A DNA stretch of 63,858 nt, counting the filler, from Collodictyon triciliatum (Eukaryota): NCBI GenBank assembly GCA_043381765.1. It is 5 parts of 5 records of this genome, joined end to end, with 100 filler letters (N's around TTAATTAATTAA, not from the genome) between each part and the next. Parts side by side here need not be neighbours in the genome. Positions count along the whole stretch, not along the records: positions 44,235 to 58,876 come from JBHJMP010001792.1; positions 58,977 to 63,858 come from JBHJMP010001841.1; 3 more parts are not named here. One strand, written 5' to 3'. Positions 56,450 through 63,858 of this stretch are shown one piece after another. The notes under the pieces were generated by a model. The model was not told where the DNA came from. It worked only from the letters and a program-made list of their open reading frames with translations, and did no database searches. The translations under genes were made by a program, and so were the position numbers. Position 1 is the stretch's first letter. Every line of letters starts with the position of its first letter.

Positions 56450-57819
56450 TTACCGTTTCGAGCGCTTCATTTGGTTTATAATCCAATCAAGCCCGTCACT
56501 TAGTCTAAGTAACAAAATCGGCATGTAACAATGAAATATGATTCAGTTGAAAGAGTCCAAAGAGAATATTCATTTCAGTTATGGAAGGAAAAATTGGCAA
56601 TTAAATCGCACAAACCCCTCTCCAGTCAATGCACAACACGCCTAGATATCAACGAAAAAAAGCAAGTTATGAAAATGGTGGACTTTGCGCATGAATACTT
56701 CACACGGTCATAAAATAATTTAAGGTTGTTTACTATTTCCCTCTGTAATTTCTAATGGACACAACCAACAAATCAAAATTCTGTAAAAACCTGGATGTGC
56801 CATTCATGGTCCTTCAAGGAGTGGAGGTTCAGAATATCGGAGACCTCAGCAGCAGAAAGGGCTCCTTTAAGGTCTTGCTTATTTGCAAGTACTAAGAATC
56901 CTGCTCCAGTAAGGTCCTTCATATGTTTTGTAACGATTTAGATTAGTTTGGATTAATATTGCACACATATTCCCATAATATTGGGAGTCAAATATACCAC
57001 CTGATGAGAGGCCATTCTGCTGAGCTCCTCCTTCACCAAAGGGAGGCGCTCTTTGTCTGTGCTGTCAATTACCAAGATTACAATCTGGGCCCAAATAAAA
57101 GTAGTTAGAAGATGAAAATCCCATAACATCATGTTCGCCTACAAATCAAAGTAGCTATATTTCTTCGTGTATACTTACGAGAAGAGGACAACTGCTTGTG
57201 ATGTGTTATTATTTGATCAGATCTCTTACATGTGTGCTTTCATAGTACGATGTCCATGAAGAGCGCAGTGATTCCTGGCCTCCAATATCCCACATCTGAA
57301 AACGTGCATTTTTGTATTCGATCTCTTCCACGTTACTTCCGATGGTCGGTTGTGTTACTACTACCTGAAAAAAATATGCAACTTACCTGATAATTTGTCC
57401 TTGAAGGAGGAAACACTGCTCACACTCAATCATAGAGAATAATAAAATATATAAAAATATATAATATGTAATAAATAATAATACATAATAATAACAATAA
57501 AATAATAAATAATAAATAATAAGTAAATACATAAGTACATAATAATAATAATCATAATAATAATCATAATAATAATCATAATAATAATCATAATAATAAT
57601 CATAATAATAATCATAATAATCATAATAATCATAATAATATATTTTCTCTGTCCGATTCAAAAAATAATAACAAAGAATATAACAAAGTAAATTACCTCT
57701 CCAAGAAGAAGCTTGTAAAGTGTAGTTGTCTTGCCAGCATTATTGAGGCCCACGACAATCACTTTCACCTTATCATATTGCCAAAACAACTCCCACAGCT
57801 TTGTGAGAATCAGCCCCAT
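56450..57819 (-). CDS. ARL5: ARF-like small GTPase, ARL5 subfamily, 6 exons
   Basis: MG myristoylation start, [36 protein letters not shown] and [14 protein letters not shown]. Confidence 0.92.
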
Positions 57820-58286
57820 CTGCTTTGGAACGGGGAAAAAACAATCTGCAGAGCGGAAGAAAAATATCATGATTCACGCACAAACGGCAGACAATGAAGA
57901 GCAATGCAATCGAATGGTAAACATGTCTCTTTCGTTGTGCCCAGTCGCTTCTTCGCCGCCTGGAAAGCGGTGCTCGTGGATGTGATCCGTTGCAGATCTC
58001 TGATGCGATCAAATCTGCGAGGTTGGGAGGCAAAGGAGGAGCAAATACAAACAGAAGTCGCAGCATAAGTACTGTATTATTTATATATATATTTATGCTA
58101 TATATTATACATTAAAATACTACCGTGACAAATAATATAACTTCTGTATTATTTATTAATAATTTCCACATATGTATATACTAAAATGGTATGATTAACA
58201 TGTCGATTGGAGAAAAAAAAACTGCACAAGATGAATCTGCCACTGAGCTGTCAAACCCAGAAGGACAAAGCAAATCGATCGGCAGA

Positions 58287-58781
58287 ATGCTCCCGACCCG
58301 CCCCGCCCTCTCTGCACTGCGCCAAGTAATTCACACCGACCACGCACCAAAGGCCATCGGACCATACAGGCACACATATTTTTCAATAAGACTGCGCCAG
58401 ACATGTTTCCCCTTTATATGTATTCTTTTTTCCCCCCTTTATTTATTTATTGTTCATTTTTCTCCCTCTCGCTTGGCTCTCCCCTTTCTCGCCATCTTTC
58501 CCGTTTCTTGACTGGCAAATCATCCCACATGTAACCATCGGCCCAGTTGGTGATTTTTATCCCTGTCTCCCACTGTGTTTGTTTTAGTCAGGCAATAAGT
58601 GCTGGGGGCTTTCTATATGTTTCCGGGCAAGTGGGATTGGATCCGAAGGTTTTATTTCTTTAACTTGTTTTTCCTTCCAATTTTTCGATTTTATTGATTA
58701 AAAGACTGTGCAAGGACTGATCGCGGCAATGCCAAACAGACAATGCAGCTTCAATCTGGGCTTCATAACCAAACCAAACAG
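58287..58781 (+). CDS. RIDA: RidA/YjgF/UK114 imine deaminase, 5' part (cut by contig end)
   Basis: [48 protein letters not shown]. Confidence 0.92.
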
Positions 58782-58876
58782 GCACGTGCAAATCAATAAC
58801 AAATCACGAATGTTGGATAGTTGAGGGTTTCTGTGTATAAAAAAAAACAAAAAAAATCAAAAAAAAACAAAAAAAA

Positions 58877-58976
58877 NNNNNNNNNNNNNNNNNNNNNNNN
58901 NNNNNNNNNNNNNNNNNNNNTTAATTAATTAANNNNNNNNNNNNNNNNNNNNNNNNNNNNNNNNNNNNNNNNNNNN
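58877..58976. other. Artificial contig-join linker
   Basis: N-TTAATTAATTAA-N, 100 nt. Confidence 0.97.
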
Positions 58977-59243
58977 TGTTTTTGTTTTTGTTTTTGTTTT
59001 TGTTTTTGTTTTTGTTTTTGTTTTTGTTTTTGTTTTTGTTTTTGTTTTTGTTTTTGTTTTTGTTTTTGTTTTTGTTTGGAGAAGGGGTTCTTTTCCTCAA
59101 TCCTGATATTTCAGCGTTTTCTAAGCTCGCACAAGTTGTAGTTTCAAGCCATCCAATTTTTATTGCTTAACTAATGTTTCACCGACTCAGTTCATTCAGT
59201 GGCTTCCCAAAGTCTTCTACATATTTCCGGCATCAAATTATTA

Positions 59244-60110
59244 TTTTTTTCCTTTATTCGATTCAAAGTGTAGCGAGGTTGTGCCATACAAAGGGATGGG
59301 ATAGGTGTGTATGATAGAGAGCAAACGCGAGTATGGGAGGTCACTACTGTGGAGGGGGTAGCATTGGAAAGAAATCAGTGATGGCGAGCTGGTCAGGTGC
59401 GCGACCCAACTGGTTGATTGGTTGCGTGGGTAGCAGGGTTTGGATATGCTGCGGAGATATCGCACAACACATTCCTACATCTCTCTTCGCTTGCGGTCAG
59501 AGTAGCGAAGAAGGCGAGCGTGTTTCAGCAGGTTGTTCAGGAAGCCGTATTGCACGAGGCTTTCAAGCCTGGATACATTGATTTCTCGTTCGGTGATGCC
59601 GTATTTATATTAATATTATTATAAATACGGCATCATTCGGGTGAATAACTAGAACGAGAGAATGCACGCACACTCCATAAGGACTGCATATGTTCCCTTG
59701 TGACTGTCCAGAGTATTCTAGAGTCGTGGGTCATTTGGTATTGTGCGCCAAACAGGATGTCAGACGCGCTGAGTCGGTTGGGAGCATAATCAAGCTCAGA
59801 GCGCATCTTGTGGGTAGATTCTGTCACTTTTTGAGCAAGAGAGCACTTCACAAATGGGGAGTAACTGAGGTATACGGGCTTGCTTCCAGCTTTTGACTAT
59901 TGGCGGGTCTATAATGCCTATAGTTTCGGCCCAACGACTCATTTTCTCCGGTTTGTAGGGATTCGGACTGATGATTTTATGTCGAAACAGCTTGGAGTAC
60001 GCCATGGCTATCGAGAATTGCGGAGAGTCAGGTGTAATGGACAGCCTTTGGTTCTTCAGGCGAAAGAAAAATTGAGACGGCGCTCTGTATGAGATGGGAC
60101 GACAAGAACC
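59244..60110 (-). mobile_element. 5'-truncated, degenerate L1/Tx1-like non-LTR retrotransposon (ORF2 C-terminus + 3' UTR + A-tail); source of family A
   Basis: Minus-strand frames FSIAMAYSKL..RW..W and KCSLAQKV..LSASDILFG..LWSVR resemble the L1-clade ORF2 C-terminus. It ends in CTTTGAATCGAATAAAGG-A7. Confidence 0.72.
59594..59635. mobile_element. 42-bp palindromic micro-MITE, TG..CA ends, 5-bp TSD
   Basis: 16-bp perfect TIR TGATGCCGTATTTATA, with TTCGG on both sides. Removing it restores the host ORF2 frame (SYSPE-REINVSRL). Confidence 0.85.
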
Positions 60111-60370
60111 ACAAATAATTTAAATTTCACGATTTTAATTTACTTCCCACATTCAGTTCAGAATTCAATAGCTTTAGTCAAAGAATAAAAAAAAGTGATA
60201 GCACAAGTCAGAAGCAGACTAAAGGATTCAGCTGAGTTATGCAGTTTGATTAAAGAACGGCTTGGGAATAGAACAGAAAACTTTTTGGAGAGACCAGTAA
60301 CAACGCTATTATTAGATTAACTGCTCGCGTATTTTACATTCTTCTTAGCATCTAGAATATATTAGGCTGA

Positions 60371-60701
<331 letters not shown>

Positions 60702-60802
60702 TTGCTTGAAGTCAATATCTTGAACTATTTGAATTATCGCGTACTAATTTTTCCCAAATCAGTCTTTGCAGCATACATTTTTAAGGCGAATCCTTTTGTA
60801 TT

Positions 60803-61140
60803 ATATTGTATCATATTGTATCATATTGTATCATATTGTATCATATTGTATCATATTGTATCATATTGTATCATATTGTATCATATTGTATCATATTGTA
60901 TCATATTGTATCATATTGTATCATATTGTATCATATTGTATCATATTGTATCATATTGTATCATATTGTATCATATTGTATCATATTGTATCATATTGTA
61001 TCATATTGTATCATATTGTATCATATTGTATCATATTGTATCATATTGTATCATATTGTATCATATTGTATCATATTGTATCATATTGTATCATATTGTA
61101 TCATATTGTATCATATTGTATCATATTGTATCATATTGTA
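60803..61140. repeat. (ATATTGTATC)n 10-bp minisatellite
   Basis: Direct reading; about 33 perfect units. Confidence 0.95.
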
Positions 61141-61478
61141 TCGTATCATATAATTCCATCACATCGCACTGTGCCATGCCTTTTCGCCTTGCTTCCCTCC
61201 CTCGCACGCCAACACACACGAAATTGGTGTTCCACATAAACCTCCATCGCCTTTCAGCAGGAGAGTTGATAATTGCTGTCAACCAGGGGTGCACATTCTC
61301 AAAAAGCCTCCTCGAATTTACGACATGGAGAATGAGTTCCTGGCTTGCAAATTCGCGGAAGGTTCCGAGCAGGCGCACCCGCCTTGAAGGTCCGACTCAC
61401 TTTTGACTAAAACGCCCCGCCCAAGTGATCGACAGGTCAGCCGGGCCAGTGGTAGGAAGCTGATCGCCGCAGATTCCC

Positions 61479-63420
61479 ATGGCAGGAAGAAAACTTGACA
61501 GGTTGAAGGGTATGTTTGGCTCTCAGCCTTTGACGCTCTTCACGGCCGACAGGAGCCCCCCGCCAGTTTCTTTGAGTGCCTCGGGCTCTGCTACTTTTCT
61601 GACCTTCGATTCGGGCAGTTCAGTCTTTTCTGTGGAGGAAACAAGTAGCATCCCCTACCCTTTGCTATGCAGTTTTTTCTTTTTTCTTCTTTTTTTCTTT
61701 TTCTTTTTTCTTTTCTTCTTTTCTTCTTTTCTTCTTTTCTTCTTTTCTTCTTTTCTTCTTTTCTTCTTTTCTTCTTTTCTTCTTTTCTTCTTTTCTTCTT
61801 NTTTTCTTTTTTTTCTTTTTTTCTTTTTTCTTTTTCTTTTTTCTTTTTCTTTTTCTTTTTCTTTTTCTTTTTCTTTTTCTTTTTCTTTTTTTTTCCATCA
61901 AACACCCAGCATCCAAACACTCACCCAATATGAAAACAACGCAATCTACTACCGGCGTATCACAGAGCCATCGGTGGCGCAAACTCCAGTCGCCCTGCAA
62001 ACACCAAGGTCAGCAACTGGCTCCTTAGGGTCTGGTACCTTTGAAGGCTTTCTGGGAAGGAGCACGAGTAGCAACACCAGCAGTGGTAATGGCAGTGGAG
62101 AGTGGGAAGATAATAAACAGTCAAGCCAGAGCAAAGACCAAAGGCAAGCAGAGCGAATTTCTGGAAATCGGGAGGAGAAGGCAAAAGCTGAACTGCAGAA
62201 AGAGGACAGCAAGACCAAGCAATCCCTCCTATGGTGGAACCGGTTCTGCAGCGGAGAAATAGAAGTGCCCGATGCTGTTGGAGATGCTATGATAGGCCTA
62301 GCCCATGTCTTGTCTGTCGTAGGCTTGCATACAGATGAATTATCCACACTACCACGAAGCACAGGAATGAAAGTGATAAAGACTGGACTGAAAAATGCCA
62401 TCAGACTCTCGGAGTCTGTTAATGCACTCCACTCATATAACTTATACCCACGTTCTGTCTCTGTGTTGGCCCAGGATTTAATGGCTCGTGCTTCATCAGA
62501 TCTACGCTTTTGGATAGAAATGTACCGACGAATATATGTGCACTGCAAACAAGCCAATACCTCGATTTTTTCTGTATTCACTATGGCCGATGAACGCATG
62601 CAGGTTGATATTTTTAAAGTGATGCGGTATATTGTAATGCACCTGTGTTAAAAATAAATAATCCCGCGTGTTAAATGAAAAAGAAAAAAATTTATACTCG
62701 CCCGGTCAGCACAATTAAATCACCTGTTATGCCCATCACTTACGTCCATCGGTTTTATTGTAGATTCCTGAGACTTTCCAAGCAAATATGTTTGAGTGCC
62801 GGATATCCCTTGCGTGTGTGATGATAGATATATTGGCTGCAGCATTATTGTACATGCGACCAGCCTCTACACAAGAGCAAACACTCTACAATTCATCGAA
62901 AGTTCATATGTCAAAGCACTTGACCGAAGAAATGTCATCTGCATTAGGAAAGTCGACCATCGTCCCTTCTACTCCATCCTCCATGAACCATTCCTTCGAC
63001 TTTGAGTTTAATATAACTCCCTATTCACCAATGAAAGCTTCTTCGGAATCTCCTGTGAAAGGAGTGCGAGAAAACAGTGACCATCAGGATTCTGACGCAT
63101 TCGAAGCTAAAATCAGAACCCAATCAGCCGCAATTTTGAACTCATCGCTTCGACTTATCGAGATTGTTAACTATATCGCCTCTGAGGCTGTGGTTGTATG
63201 TAGACTCGTATATTTAGATTATAAAAAAAAGGCATAATCATAACAATAAAATAAAGAAATCAATTTTATACTCACCCCTATTCACGATTATTTCTTTATC
63301 TTTTAGGAAATGAGACATGATGACCATCTTTATGGACAAGTTTGCTCTGTCTCTGCGGATCTATGGCGCGCTGTTTCCGAAGTCGTTGTTCCTTACACCA
63401 TCGAAAAGGAAGAATATGAT
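61479..63420 (+). CDS. Hypothetical multi-exon protein (partial)
   Basis: Long same-strand frames at about 61900-62603, 62764-63190 and 63307-63420 with plausible splice boundaries. No family recognised. Confidence 0.5.
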
Positions 63421-63858
63421 GTAAATGCCCAGATATATTTTATTTCATCGTTTAAACTAAATAGTTCGCCGATTTAAATGTTGATTTGCTGGGGCAATCC
63501 TAGAGCACACGAAAAACTGTAAAGTACATATTTTCTCTGATTTTATGGCCTTACTCATCTTTATGTATTACTTAATAGATTGATAATGTTTTTGATCGCA
63601 AAGAAAAAGAGCCTGTCTTTTTAACAATCGCCCGAGCAATATCAAAGATTTTTGAAGGACCAGATCCATTCATTCTGGAGTCCTTTTCTTTAGATAAAGT
63701 ATTTTTCCCCTCTAAATTCATACTAGTATATTGAATGTATATTACGAAAAAATATTTATATTTTTTAAAATTTTCTAGAAACTCAGACAATCAACCAACA
63801 AATTTCCTCAACCAAACGTAATTGATTTTGTTCAGTCCAATCTTTGTAAAATGAGTTG

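Noticed and set aside
57641-57664. Possible very decayed family A copy in an ARL5 intron
   Set aside because: Too many mismatches, and the flanks are microsatellite so a TSD cannot be judged.
60803-61140. CRISPR-like array
   Set aside because: Perfect tandem 10-mers without spacers, in eukaryotic DNA.

Overview
This is eukaryotic, intron-rich, AT-rich genomic DNA, probably from a protist. It is not one locus: five assembly pieces of about 14.6 kb are joined by artificial 100-nt N-TTAATTAATTAA-N linkers, and the pieces break at microsatellites. Genes I could reconstruct by hand: a nearly intronless NACHT-pentapeptide-WD40 STAND protein, a cyclic-nucleotide-binding K+ channel, a secreted WD40/Cys-rich/FG-GAP protein, the minor-spliceosome protein PDCD7 (U11-59K), a TauD dioxygenase, GORAB, a membrane protein, a helical-repeat protein, a membrane RING protein, a degenerate double class III cyclase, an ankyrin protein, TPI, an M28 aminopeptidase, an HS2ST-like sulfotransferase, ARL5 and RidA. 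The most striking unannotated signal is a set of ultra-short (22-56 nt) poly(A)-tailed insertions, from two sequence families, whose clearest copies are flanked by 12-18 bp target-site duplications (TSDs). One family is exactly the terminal 18 nt (a hairpin plus GG) of an L1/Tx1-like element also present in the window. That element in turn carries a 42-bp palindromic TG..CA micro-transposon with a 5-bp TSD. Recurrent non-consensus G|GCAC(GT) splice donors were also seen. All gene models are manual and approximate.
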